The notes under the pieces are model-generated. The model made no database searches. It was not told the origin of the DNA and saw nothing but the letters and a program-made list of their open reading frames with translations. Both the position numbers and the translations under genes were made by a program. Positions 1-9,597 of a stretch of DNA of 64,000 nucleotides are shown piece by piece (the stretch's first letter is position 1; each line of letters starts with the position of its first letter). Origin of the DNA: an uncultured virus (IMG/VR IMGVR_UViG_3300027969_000051) (lineage: Duplodnaviria > Heunggongvirae > Uroviricota > Caudoviricetes); IMG/VR virus record IMGVR_UViG_3300027969_000051, one strand, 5' to 3'.

Positions 1-1
1 C

Positions 2-154
2 ATCAATGCCAGTTGCGGCGCCCAAGACTCTATCACTAACACCGTGGTCTGCAAGCAAATCTACATATCTTTCTGCTACTAGCTCTAATTGTTTTTTATC
101 AATATAGTCTGCGAATAGCAACCAGATATCACCAATTTGTGTTTCATTCAACAT
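2..154 (-). CDS. Hypothetical protein downstream of uvsX (partial, runs off window edge)
   Basis: ATG at 154 overlaps the end of uvsX, with GAGGAG upstream. Frame MLNETQIGDIWLLFADYIDKKQLELVAERYVDLLADHG... stays open to the edge. Not in the ORF track. Confidence 0.7.
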   Translation of the reverse strand, partial: MLNETQIGDIWLLFADYIDKKQLELVAERYVDLLADHGVSDRVLGAATGID

Positions 155-1202
155 TTTCTTCTGTCTCCTCAGGAATGGTAGTTGTTGTTAAGGGTTTGAT
201 ATGGAATTTTGCCATTATCATATCTAATTTATCATCTTTCCATTCTTTTCGGTAGAATTTGAATTCCTCACCTGTGTCCGGGTCAACCCACTTGAGCCTG
301 TTGCCTTCTTGTTTTAACAATCCAGCCTTTTCGCACATATCAACCATACCTGAATAAGGATTCATACCTGTTTCATACGGAATTTTAATTTGCACAGTTT
401 CAAAAGGTTTGCTATAACGAGTCTTCATGATTTTACAACTAGCACGAATACCCATTACATCTGATACTTTATTGCCATCCTCATCCTCTTTGAGTTTGAG
501 TTTTTTCATGGCAACAACAATACTAGACGCATAGACGAAGCCTTGTCCGCCACTGATCTTGTCGTCTGGATCGAACATGTCTTGGCTTGCGTAAGTGTGA
601 TTTGTACAAACCATACCCACGTTATAACTACCAAACATGTTTACACAGTTACGAACAAGTGATGTAAGTGCTTTAGGTTTACGGCCCATGTCTCCTTTCA
701 TATCACCAGCTTGGAACTGATTAATGTCGGTAGGGGTAAGCAACATACCCAATGAGTCTATGACAAATAGGACCTTAGGACGTTCTGCCATTTCTTTGTA
801 CTCTTTCATGAACTCGTGAATGGTTTTAGCCACATCGTCGATCATTGCCATGTTGAGTTTAAGAAGTTTTTCTTCGCTGGTATCCACGCCAAGTGCGTGT
901 AGCCATGTCTCGTCTAGAGCATTTTCTGTATCAATTAAGATAACATAAATGCCTTGTGCTTGTGCGTTGCGTACTAGATTACCCGAGCAGATAAAACTTT
1001 TACCTGCGCCAGACTCTCCAGCAAACACAGTAACTTTACCTAAAGGAATACCTTTGTGGAAGTCACCGCTGATCAGATAGTTCAGCGTGTAATTGCCTGT
1101 ACTGATCCAATCTGTTGGATCGTTAAATCCAACACCTAGACCGTCAATCGACTTAGTCAAGGTCTTTCTAAATTTCGATAAATCGAAGGCTTTTGTAGCC
1201 AT
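144..1202 (-). CDS. uvsX: RecA/UvsX-like recombinase
   Basis: Walker A AGESGAGKS, IDTENA, VIDSLG, GDMGRK, NHTY, ISGGQGFVYASS; AGGAG SD. Confidence 0.95.
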   Translation of the reverse strand: MATKAFDLSKFRKTLTKSIDGLGVGFNDPTDWISTGNYTLNYLISGDFHKGIPLGKVTVFAGESGAGKSFICSGNLVRNAQAQGIYVILIDTENALDETWLHALGVDTSEEKLLKLNMAMIDDVAKTIHEFMKEYKEMAERPKVLFVIDSLGMLLTPTDINQFQAGDMKGDMGRKPKALTSLVRNCVNMFGSYNVGMVCTNHTYASQDMFDPDDKISGGQGFVYASSIVVAMKKLKLKEDEDGNKVSDVMGIRASCKIMKTRYSKPFETVQIKIPYETGMNPYSGMVDMCEKAGLLKQEGNRLKWVDPDTGEEFKFYRKEWKDDKLDMIMAKFHIKPLTTTTIPEETEENVE

Positions 1203-1224
1203 AAGTTAATTCTCCTAAATGATT

Positions 1225-1245
1225 AACGGGGGACTAGCCCCCGTT
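1225..1245 (-). terminator. GC-rich hairpin between gp32 and uvsX (terminator or stabiliser)
   Basis: AACGGGGG-CTAGT-CCCCCGTT 8-bp stem; U-tract is weak. Confidence 0.5.
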
Positions 1246-1251
1246 GCCTTA

Positions 1252-2226
1252 TTACTTCTGACGATTGCGAATCATTGCCAAGATGTCTTGGGCCCGTGAA
1301 TCACCGCCTGCGGGTGCGCTAGCTTCTGCTTTTGGAGCAGGTGCTGCCGCTGGTGCGGGCTCATCAAAATCATCACTTGCCACCGGAGTAGGAGCAGGTG
1401 CTGCCTTAGGAGTTGATTTGTTTGGATCACCAGTATTCTGGCTCATGCCAGCTGGTTTAAAGTATTGACCCCAACGTTCCATGTCATATGGCTCACCATC
1501 AACTGATGCTTCAAACATTTCTTTCATGACTTTCAATTCAACGTCAGTTGGTTTCTTAGGTAAGAAATCTGACAAGTTAAACAAGCCATGTTGTTTGACT
1601 GCCGCTTGTTCTACATCACTTAGTGGACGCTCACGACGTGCCCAACTTGATGTTGAGTAGTCAGCATAGCCGCCTTTGCTACCTTTCTTCATACGGTAGT
1701 CTAAGCCATGTACCAAGTCAGTTGGCAAATCTTCCAATTCTGGATCCACTAATGCGGCACGAATTGATGTAAAGATTTGAGGTCCAATGATGAAACGACG
1801 GATTGGATTTTCTGGAGTTTCTTTTTCTGAAAGTCCGTCTTCTACAACGAAACCTTGGAAAATATAACTACGTTTTTTCCAGTACTTACGACCCATATCT
1901 TCTAGTGCAGGATCCTTAAACCAAGGACGTACTTCTGATAAGATTGGGCAAGTATCGCCATACATTTCCACGCATGGTACTTGTACTGTAACGGATTTGC
2001 TTTCGGATTCACCTTTGATTCCAGCGAATGGCAATTTGATCATTGCACGTTCTACCCAGAAAAAAGTGTTGTCGGTGTTACCATCTGGTAAGAATCGCAG
2101 GACGGATTCGCCACCTTCTTTGAGGTTCCAGAACGGATAAATTGAGTTATCACCGCCTGTACGCTCTCCTGAACCTTTTTGTTCAGATGATTTTAATTTT
2201 GCTCGTATTTCTGCCAAAGTTGCCAT
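1252..2226 (-). CDS. gp32: Single-stranded DNA-binding protein, T4 gp32-like
   Basis: LRFLPD, CVEMYGDTCPI, RKYWKKRSY, GYADYSTSSW, Pro/Ala-rich tail; adjacent to uvsX. Confidence 0.88.
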   Translation of the reverse strand: MATLAEIRAKLKSSEQKGSGERTGGDNSIYPFWNLKEGGESVLRFLPDGNTDNTFFWVERAMIKLPFAGIKGESESKSVTVQVPCVEMYGDTCPILSEVRPWFKDPALEDMGRKYWKKRSYIFQGFVVEDGLSEKETPENPIRRFIIGPQIFTSIRAALVDPELEDLPTDLVHGLDYRMKKGSKGGYADYSTSSWARRERPLSDVEQAAVKQHGLFNLSDFLPKKPTDVELKVMKEMFEASVDGEPYDMERWGQYFKPAGMSQNTGDPNKSTPKAAPAPTPVASDDFDEPAPAAAPAPKAEASAPAGGDSRAQDILAMIRNRQK

Positions 2227-2313
2227 AATTGTTCTCCTATATTAGCCTTTGTTTGCTTTATGTGCCTATTATTGTTTTACCAACCTTGATAAAACAAAAA
2301 GTGCATACATGTT

Positions 2314-2342
2314 ATTGTACGCACTTTTATTTAGTAAAGCAA
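2314..2342 (-). promoter_or_regulatory. sigma70-type promoter for gp32 with a late TAAATA core nested in its spacer
   Basis: TTGCTT (2337-2342), 17 nt, TACAAT (2314-2319); TAAATA at 2328-2333. Confidence 0.65.
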
Positions 2343-2378
2343 GAGAAATCTTGCTCTAAATATGAGTATTTTACTCGA

Positions 2379-2774
2379 TTATTTTTTCACAGGTTGTTGC
2401 TGGCGCATCTGTTTCATTCGAGCTTCTGTTTCTTTCTCCCAAGCATCGAGATCTGGGTTGCCGGTCGGTGCATCGGTGTCACCGATTCGAGTCCACGGAT
2501 TAAACTTTATGCCGTTGTAGGTAAATTGTACGCCAGTCCACTGATCGCCACGTTGTCTTAAAAAATCACTTAACCATTTTTCAGCTTGATTAACAACCTG
2601 CTTAGGAGTTCCAGCCCAACCATTTTGTTGCATGATGCCTGTCAAATCATACTCTTTGTTGCCTTGGCCGCTGGCAAAATTAATAAACACCAGCAGTTTA
2701 TTTGGGTCTGCAGGTGCTTGAACTGGCGCTTGGGCATCTTCTATTAGATTTATATAATCGCGAAGAGTTTTCAT
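2379..2774 (-). CDS. Hypothetical protein, putative internal head protein
   Basis: N-terminus MKTLRDYINLIE resembles T4 internal-protein capsid-targeting leaders ending in an xxE cleavage site; AAGGA SD. Confidence 0.6.
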   Translation of the reverse strand: MKTLRDYINLIEDAQAPVQAPADPNKLLVFINFASGQGNKEYDLTGIMQQNGWAGTPKQVVNQAEKWLSDFLRQRGDQWTGVQFTYNGIKFNPWTRIGDTDAPTGNPDLDAWEKETEARMKQMRQQQPVKK

Positions 2775-2785
2775 ACTATTTCCTT

Positions 2786-5239
2786 TTATCTGTGATGTAT
2801 CAAACTTACAATACGTGCTAGATCGTCATTGACATATCCAACTGATTCTTTCTGCATTACATTAGGATGCATGTTAGTTGCTTCTTTTCGAGCTAGCTCA
2901 TCCAATGCCTTGATCACTTGAGGTGCTGACGCCCTGGCCACTTTCATGTCACCGCTCTTGGGGTCTTTAATTCTTTCTGTACCTGTCCACACCCCGTTAA
3001 CTTTCTTAACCTTAATGCCTTTAAGAATTGCAGCCATTCCTGGATCAATCTTTGCCCAATCTGGTGATAATTCTAAGTCGCCACCACTCATTGGTTTACC
3101 ATCTGGGTAATGCGTGAATTGAAAGTTTTTATTCCATTGATCGACATCGGCCTGTGTTGCTGGCTTGCCTATGACTGATAGCCCGTTTTTCATGTCTTGA
3201 CCAACTACTGGACGAGCCCCAACAGCTTTATCACGGTTACCCTCTGCTGTTTGTGTTCCTGCGCCGGATGTTGGAGCACCGCCTGCCTGTAATACAGCTT
3301 TTCGTGCTTCAAGACTCTTTAGGTAACTTTGAGTTGACTCTTTCTGACTTGCGGTAAGCATCGGCAGCGTAGCGGTGACTCTCTTGATTTCAGCATCGAC
3401 TTCTGCGACAGTTTTAAATTTATCAGCATCGACGCTAGTATCTGTTTTGGCATCTGCAGGTTTTTGTTGTAGTAGTTGTGCTTTTCGTGCGTCGAGATTC
3501 TGTAGGTATTTTTGGTTGGCCGGTTGGCTCATATCGTAGCCTTTGGCCTTGAATCTCGCTATTTCGGCATCAACTTGTTCGGGAGTTGTGAATGCGGCCA
3601 ATGCTGGGAGGTCGCTAGTAGTCGCATCACCAGAGCCGCCAGAGGCTTCTCCGGGCATCCTTGCCGGTTTCCAGGTGCTAGTGTTCGGTGGCATAACCCA
3701 CTTACCGTCTTTTTGGTCTTTATAAACTGGAAGGCCATCAAGGTCTTTGACATCGCCCCATTTAGTACGCTTGAGCTCGTCAGCACCGCCGAGCGTAGTT
3801 ACTGTAGTATCAGTTCCGCTTTTAACAGGGCTAACAGTAGTCACTAAAAATTGAAGCTTCTCGTTAGCGGCATCTCTAGTCGTTGGACCAAATACGCCAT
3901 CAAGGCCGTCACCGTTAGGCCCAGTTGTTCCTAGATAGACATTTTTAGATTTTAATTCTTTTTGTAATTTTATTACAGCTAGTCTAGTAGAATCTCCAAA
4001 TCTTCCAGGTTTGTCTGTGTGATTTTTATCAAGATATCCCTTTTCTACCAGAGTTCTCTGTAGATCAGTAACACCAGTCGGACCAGATGTTTTATCACCG
4101 TCCTTACTACCTATGCCCATGGTGTTTTCTGCATATTCTCGATGTATTAGATTAGGTTTTACTTCTGGTTTTACTTCTGGTTTAGTATTTGCGCCTTGCA
4201 ATTCTGGATTTTCAGTCGGTATTGGAGGTTTCATTGCAACCCATTCGCCATTTTCAATTTTGAAAGTACGCATACCATTTGCATCAACTGCATATGTCAC
4301 ACCATCCTTGCCTACTTCACTTGCAACTGACCCAGGAGCCTGTTTTTCACGATCTTGTACAAGCGTCATGTTTGCGGGATCTTGAGAAGCTTGTGATGCG
4401 GCAGATGAAGATCCGGTAGAACTCCATACTGAGTCTGGAATTTTATCATAGGCAGCGCACAATGCTTGGATTTCTGGATTATTTGGAAATCCTGTTTTAA
4501 ACTCGCCGTACAATCTAGATAGTAGTTTAAATTCAGGCATTGTTAAACTAGGTTTAGCAGCCGCCGGTGGAGCATCTTCTAATAAACGTAACTTATTTAA
4601 AAGTGCGTCTCGTAAGAATCCTTCTTGCGTTTTCATCGGTGCCGGTTCAGGCATCGGTGAAGCAAAATCAGTTCCTATTGGGTTTGTAAATACTTTACCT
4701 GCATTGTTTAGGCTGTACGCATCTGGTCTAAGTAAAGAGGTGCTAGCTTTGGGTTGTGAGGCTGCTGGAGGAGTATACACCCCTGCTTTAGTCAGCAGTT
4801 GTTTGAACATGTCTAGTTTAGCTGGATCTGGGGTTGCTGATGCTGATGATGGTGGTGGATCACCTGATGCCCCAGAACTGCTACTAGGTGCCGCTTGGGT
4901 CTGGCCTCCAGTTGCTACCCATTCACCATTAATTATCATCGCGATAGGGCGTTTAGAACTATCCATTCCATACCAAATTTTAGTTCGGTCATCTTGAATT
5001 GTTGTAACAATCCCAGGCATTATTTTAGATGCGTTGTTTCTCAATGTATTGATTTGTGCTGTGCTCATATCTTGTTTACGAGCATCATCACGTGATGTAG
5101 CATCACCATAACCTCGACCGTTAAACCAAGATGAAGGACTGGTGAATTCCCACTCAGACAAGTTACTTTTTTCAGTGACTAATTTTGTTCTAAGTGACTG
5201 TACATTTTCTTTAAGCTGTTGTTCAATAGTTTTTTTCAT
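2786..5239 (-). CDS. Large low-complexity protein with a peptidoglycan-binding (PG_binding_1-like) domain; putative internal/ejected virion protein
   Basis: VTDLQRTLVEKGY...GRFGDSTRLAVIKLQ...LDGVFGPTTRDA; internal repeats; C-terminal DLARIVSL motif. Confidence 0.65.
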   Translation of the reverse strand: MKKTIEQQLKENVQSLRTKLVTEKSNLSEWEFTSPSSWFNGRGYGDATSRDDARKQDMSTAQINTLRNNASKIMPGIVTTIQDDRTKIWYGMDSSKRPIAMIINGEWVATGGQTQAAPSSSSGASGDPPPSSASATPDPAKLDMFKQLLTKAGVYTPPAASQPKASTSLLRPDAYSLNNAGKVFTNPIGTDFASPMPEPAPMKTQEGFLRDALLNKLRLLEDAPPAAAKPSLTMPEFKLLSRLYGEFKTGFPNNPEIQALCAAYDKIPDSVWSSTGSSSAASQASQDPANMTLVQDREKQAPGSVASEVGKDGVTYAVDANGMRTFKIENGEWVAMKPPIPTENPELQGANTKPEVKPEVKPNLIHREYAENTMGIGSKDGDKTSGPTGVTDLQRTLVEKGYLDKNHTDKPGRFGDSTRLAVIKLQKELKSKNVYLGTTGPNGDGLDGVFGPTTRDAANEKLQFLVTTVSPVKSGTDTTVTTLGGADELKRTKWGDVKDLDGLPVYKDQKDGKWVMPPNTSTWKPARMPGEASGGSGDATTSDLPALAAFTTPEQVDAEIARFKAKGYDMSQPANQKYLQNLDARKAQLLQQKPADAKTDTSVDADKFKTVAEVDAEIKRVTATLPMLTASQKESTQSYLKSLEARKAVLQAGGAPTSGAGTQTAEGNRDKAVGARPVVGQDMKNGLSVIGKPATQADVDQWNKNFQFTHYPDGKPMSGGDLELSPDWAKIDPGMAAILKGIKVKKVNGVWTGTERIKDPKSGDMKVARASAPQVIKALDELARKEATNMHPNVMQKESVGYVNDDLARIVSLIHHR

Positions 5240-5249
5240 TGCTAATACC

Positions 5250-7925
5250 TTATCTTAATCCTGCGATTTTTAATATAGAAGTTAGTTCCGCATGCTCATT
5301 AACCCTGTGTACTAGATCATTAGTCTTAGGGTTAGTTGTATTTTGTGGCGGTGCAAGAACCTCTTCGTCGGCTACTTCAGGATGCATTCCTGATAAATGG
5401 CGTATATGAGCAAGCTCTGTTGACCCTTTAGTTGACGGATCTAATTTTTCAATTATTTCAAAAACAGCGTGTACGTGCTCAGGAGTAGCACCTTCAAACT
5501 CACCATCTTTAAAGGCTTTTAGCACTTTAATTTTAGCTTTGGTACCACCGATTGTAAGATTCTTTTCTTCAGGATTCCAAAAACCTGATATTGATCTTAA
5601 CATAGAATGTACTACTGGATCTTCATGTGACGATGAATGTTCTTCATGTCCGCCCATTTCAATACCGCATTCTTCCATAGCTTCACCTAAGGTCATTACT
5701 TTGTAACCAAAGTCTAACTTAGTGTCTAATGTTGCACCGGCTTCTAAAACTTTAATTAACTTTGCTTTAAGTATGGCATTGCCTTCTCTGATCGGCGGAG
5801 CTCCTGCTTCTGGTGGTGGAGTCGGTACTGCTCCTGCTTCTGGTGCAGGTGCTAAGTCCATTCCGGCGCCTGCTTCTGGTGCAGGTGTTGGTTCAACTGC
5901 GCCTGCTGGTGGCGGCTCTGCTGGAGGCATTGCGGCAGCATCGGGTGCTGGGGTCGGCTCTGCTGGTGGAGGTGTTGATCCGCCTTCTTGATCCAGTGCC
6001 TTGCTGGCAATAATTGTTTGTGCAACTTTTTGTGCTTCTGGTGCTAATGGTTCGTGTATCTCACCGTCAGCTACATCTTTTAGATATAGTTTAACTGCGG
6101 TTCCGGCGTCATCACTGTCTGACAACCCCTTTAAATATTTTTCTGTAAACGCTTCACTGTCGATAATACCTTTAAGGCTAAGTGCGGCATTGATGCCATC
6201 TACTCCAGGATTCAATCCTGTTGATAATAAATCTTTTAACTTTTCAAGAGCCGCTGATTGCTTGGCAACATCGCGACTAAACAACTCATTATGTCCTTGT
6301 TGATTATCTTCATCTTCGTTAACAATGCTGTCCATGAAGCTTTCAAATTGATCTTCCATTGTTTTAGCTTTAGGTGTTATACCTCTAAACTGGGCCGCGC
6401 CATTGATCACTGGGCCGCCATGCAAATTATCGCGTTCTTCGCCTGCTTTGTTGTACAATTTACCGTCGGGTCCTTTTGTTAACTGCTCACCAGTTTGATA
6501 ATCTTTAATAAACGAAGTTGATGCTTGCGGCTGTTGTGATGCTTGCGGCTGTTGTGATGCTTGAGGCTGTTTTTGTAATGCTTGCATTTGTTGTAATGCC
6601 TTCATTGTGTCCGGACCAACTTTGTCAGCAACCTCCGGCTTTCCGTCTATAACAAGGATGTACGGATCCATACTTCTAATAATCGCGCTACCATCTGTAC
6701 GTTTATTAGGTAAAATATATGTTTGTGGATTACTTTGTGTATCAAGTACTGCCGGCAATTCTTCAGACCCTATGTTAACAGTTGATAAGGCAAAGCCATT
6801 ACCTAAATCTTTTTGACCTGCTTTAGGTTGTGCTGGTGACGCTGGGCCAGGCGGTGGAGATATTCTAGGTACAATTTGTCCAGTGCTAACTGCATCATCG
6901 GCTTCAGCTAGCAAATCATCTGGGCTTAGTTCTTTAACTGGAATATCGCTATCATCTACTAGACGGAAGATATATGGAAATGCTGTACGTAGATCTTCAT
7001 TGAATGTGCGGATCGTTAAACGATCGATTAGATCATTCATGATCTCTTCCGGGATCATTTCTTCATCTCGAGATTCAAAAGATTCTGCAAACTGTGCGTA
7101 GAAAGCAGGACGTTGTAGCATCTGCACTTCTTTTTTAATTGACTCAATTCGTTCAAACACTATATCAGTGATACCACCCATTGCTTCGCTTAATGCATCG
7201 TTACGGCTAACATAGCCTTTAAATTTGCGTAGCTGTGCAAGCTCTTCACTTAGACTTGTAATATGTTTACCAATACCATCATAAGGATTGCCACCTGCTT
7301 TTAAATGTTCTGCTAGAGCACGAGCCCCATTTAAATGTTTAAAAGGATATTTAAAACGTTCACCTTCTGCATTTTCTACATAGATGGTTTCAATATGCAT
7401 TGTGCGGCCTGCCGCTAACTCCGGATTAACTGGTTGGCTATGTTTAATTACTAAACGTGCCTCACCTAGGTCTTGGTAACTAATTCTGTTAGTACCATAC
7501 ATTTTACTTTCCATCACGGGTTGTTGTTGCGGTTGCATAACTGTCTCTTCCTTAGGTTTTGCTCTAAAATTATAATCTCGTTTGTCTAAATGATCTTTAC
7601 CAATGTTTTGTACATCAAAGTTTAGTAATCGATCTTTAGCAAATTGTCTAAAACTTCTAATGAATTTAAATGCACCATAATGTTTACTGTCAGCTAGCTT
7701 TCCGCTGATTTGTACAATGATACCATCATCTTCATCGAGTGTAATTGCCACCGATCCTAAACTTTCTCCCTCATCTTCATATTCAAACTCGAAAAATCGA
7801 GCTTTAGGAATATCAGTCTTTTTACTTAAAACTTCGGCGTTTTCGTCGCCTAATTTGATGTTGGGAAAGCGGGTCTGGATCTTACCATACAGATCTTGTG
7901 CTATTTTATTTAAATTCGCGTTCAT
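5250..7925 (-). CDS. Large acidic hypothetical protein, putative head/prohead-associated; start corrected to MNANLNK
   Basis: TAAATA 4 nt before ATG 7925; globular N-terminal half, Pro/Ala-rich tracts, C-terminal ELTSILKIAGL; follows terminase. Confidence 0.7.
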   Translation of the reverse strand: MNANLNKIAQDLYGKIQTRFPNIKLGDENAEVLSKKTDIPKARFFEFEYEDEGESLGSVAITLDEDDGIIVQISGKLADSKHYGAFKFIRSFRQFAKDRLLNFDVQNIGKDHLDKRDYNFRAKPKEETVMQPQQQPVMESKMYGTNRISYQDLGEARLVIKHSQPVNPELAAGRTMHIETIYVENAEGERFKYPFKHLNGARALAEHLKAGGNPYDGIGKHITSLSEELAQLRKFKGYVSRNDALSEAMGGITDIVFERIESIKKEVQMLQRPAFYAQFAESFESRDEEMIPEEIMNDLIDRLTIRTFNEDLRTAFPYIFRLVDDSDIPVKELSPDDLLAEADDAVSTGQIVPRISPPPGPASPAQPKAGQKDLGNGFALSTVNIGSEELPAVLDTQSNPQTYILPNKRTDGSAIIRSMDPYILVIDGKPEVADKVGPDTMKALQQMQALQKQPQASQQPQASQQPQASTSFIKDYQTGEQLTKGPDGKLYNKAGEERDNLHGGPVINGAAQFRGITPKAKTMEDQFESFMDSIVNEDEDNQQGHNELFSRDVAKQSAALEKLKDLLSTGLNPGVDGINAALSLKGIIDSEAFTEKYLKGLSDSDDAGTAVKLYLKDVADGEIHEPLAPEAQKVAQTIIASKALDQEGGSTPPPAEPTPAPDAAAMPPAEPPPAGAVEPTPAPEAGAGMDLAPAPEAGAVPTPPPEAGAPPIREGNAILKAKLIKVLEAGATLDTKLDFGYKVMTLGEAMEECGIEMGGHEEHSSSHEDPVVHSMLRSISGFWNPEEKNLTIGGTKAKIKVLKAFKDGEFEGATPEHVHAVFEIIEKLDPSTKGSTELAHIRHLSGMHPEVADEEVLAPPQNTTNPKTNDLVHRVNEHAELTSILKIAGLR
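6519..6572. repeat. 18-nt tandem repeat x3 (QQPQAS)
   Basis: tgatgcttgcggctgttg twice plus one near-identical copy, in frame. Confidence 0.9.
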
Positions 7926-7929
7926 GTTA

Positions 7930-7935
7930 TATTTA
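7930..7935 (-). promoter_or_regulatory. Late promoter core TAAATA (leaderless type)
   Basis: TAAATA-taac-ATG. Confidence 0.65.
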
Positions 7936-7938
7936 TCA

Positions 7939-9537
7939 CTAACTGGTTGATATGAATATCGGCAGGGGCAGTTCAAAGTCTTCGTTTTCTGCCCAATCGC
8001 TGTGTACCTTTAGCTGTTCGAACACAGCAGGATCCCATTCTGCTAGTAACACTGTCATTCGAATTACTAGTAATAATGCCGCAACTAAATCGTCATGCTC
8101 ACCTACTTTTGCCGCAAAACTCGTGCCCTTGGCAATGTAAGTTTTAAGTTCGCTGATCAAACTGCGACTGTTTAACTTCATTTTTTCTTCTTCAATTAGA
8201 TACTTTACTTTAGCACACGCTGATATTTTGTTACCAAATGTAGTGTTAAATCCTTTGCGGAACTTCTTAACATGCCCTTTACGCAATGGCTCTGATAAAA
8301 ATAGTCCGGGGAAAGTTTCTTCTCCTAAGTTGTCTATAACAACTAGGGCACTTTCACCCACGGTATTATTCTCCACGCTCCAATATATCTGATTGTAATT
8401 TTCAGTGCCTAATTCATCGCTAATATGCTTTAGCACATCGCGGAATATCTTAACTTGTTGTTGTATAGGTGTGATATTGTGCTGCCATTCTGCTACCTGT
8501 ATCATACTGGGCATTTCAAACACTTCGATGGCCCCATAGTCGCCACCGGTACCTAGACTAGGATCTAGCGCCGCCAGATAAATTTTATCCGGCTCTATTT
8601 TCTTATACCAACGTACTTGGCCCATCTTCATAATAGGTTCTTTGCCGGTCAGTTCAGCTAGTTTAAGTGAACTAATAAGAGTTTCATCGTATACTAAAAA
8701 CTCGCAACCGTACTCACGCCGGAACCGTTCTTCTCCGATACGCCCCATCTCAGTACGTTTCCATTCTTCACCACGATCTGGATGTTCATACCATTCAGCA
8801 CGGAATCCATGGAACCCATTTAAACCTGTGCCGTCTGATTTTTCGTCCCCATACTCGTCAAATTTGTTTTGCGACTCTTTCCAGATAATGGCAAATTCAT
8901 CCTCGTCTGAGTTAGGCGTTGATGTAATAATTGCCCTACCACCAGTTGCTAGTGTTGGGCTGATTGATGTCCAAAACTCCGTAGCAATGTTAGGCTGTAC
9001 GAAAGCGAACTCATCGCAATATAGTAAGGATATTGACATACCACGACCAGTATTACCGGTAGTAGTTGCTGATACAATTCTTGATCCGTTATCAAATTCT
9101 ATACTCCCTTTGTTATAGTTTACAACTCCACTGCGTATATAATCTTCGCAGAGTTCATACCCGTACCGGATACGTTGCATAATTTCCTGTGAGCCAGTAT
9201 ATTTGTGTGCGGCAACTAGGATTGTTTGATCTGGGTGAAACATAGCATACCATAACAAATATGCTGATGCACAGGTGGTTTTGCCACTCTGACGTGGCAA
9301 CATGTTAATATTGAAACGAAAATCGTGATACGCATGTAGTAAGCGTACCTGATATTCAAAAGGTTCAAATTTTACCTTGCCCTTAACCGGATGTTGGATA
9401 TGAAAGAAGTTCTTTGCAAAGTGCAGATACCCTTCTTTTGGGTCAGCACATGATAGCAAGTGCTGTACCTGCTCTTCTGTGAACTTTTCTTTACTATGCG
9501 CTTTTTTGGTTAAGACGCCGTCTAGTGATTTTGCCAT
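7939..9537 (-). CDS. gp17: Terminase large subunit, T4 gp17-like
   Basis: LPRQSGKTT Walker A, LLYCDEFAF Walker B, ITSTPN, LDPSLGTGGDY, VENN, HDDLV nuclease motifs. Confidence 0.96.
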   Translation of the reverse strand: MAKSLDGVLTKKAHSKEKFTEEQVQHLLSCADPKEGYLHFAKNFFHIQHPVKGKVKFEPFEYQVRLLHAYHDFRFNINMLPRQSGKTTCASAYLLWYAMFHPDQTILVAAHKYTGSQEIMQRIRYGYELCEDYIRSGVVNYNKGSIEFDNGSRIVSATTTGNTGRGMSISLLYCDEFAFVQPNIATEFWTSISPTLATGGRAIITSTPNSDEDEFAIIWKESQNKFDEYGDEKSDGTGLNGFHGFRAEWYEHPDRGEEWKRTEMGRIGEERFRREYGCEFLVYDETLISSLKLAELTGKEPIMKMGQVRWYKKIEPDKIYLAALDPSLGTGGDYGAIEVFEMPSMIQVAEWQHNITPIQQQVKIFRDVLKHISDELGTENYNQIYWSVENNTVGESALVVIDNLGEETFPGLFLSEPLRKGHVKKFRKGFNTTFGNKISACAKVKYLIEEEKMKLNSRSLISELKTYIAKGTSFAAKVGEHDDLVAALLLVIRMTVLLAEWDPAVFEQLKVHSDWAENEDFELPLPIFISTS

Positions 9538-9542
9538 AACTT

Positions 9543-9548
9543 TATTTA
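9543..9548 (-). promoter_or_regulatory. Late promoter core TAAATA (leaderless type)
   Basis: TAAATA-aagtt-ATG of terminase; no SD. Confidence 0.65.
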
Positions 9549-9551
9549 CAT

Positions 9552-9579
9552 AAAAAAAGGACTCCGAAGAGTCCTTTTT
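9552..9579 (-). terminator. Intrinsic terminator with CUUCGG tetraloop
   Basis: GGACTC-TTCG-GAGTCC followed by T7 on the minus strand. Confidence 0.9.
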
Positions 9580-9597
9580 GATACTGCCGACGAATAA

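Noticed and set aside
2229..2561. Plus-strand ORF and a plus-strand TAAATA at 2357-2362
   Set aside because: The ORF crosses regulatory hairpins and lies antisense to a better gene. The hexamer lacks the N4-5 spacing to an ATG and can occur by chance; an antisense transcript is not excluded.
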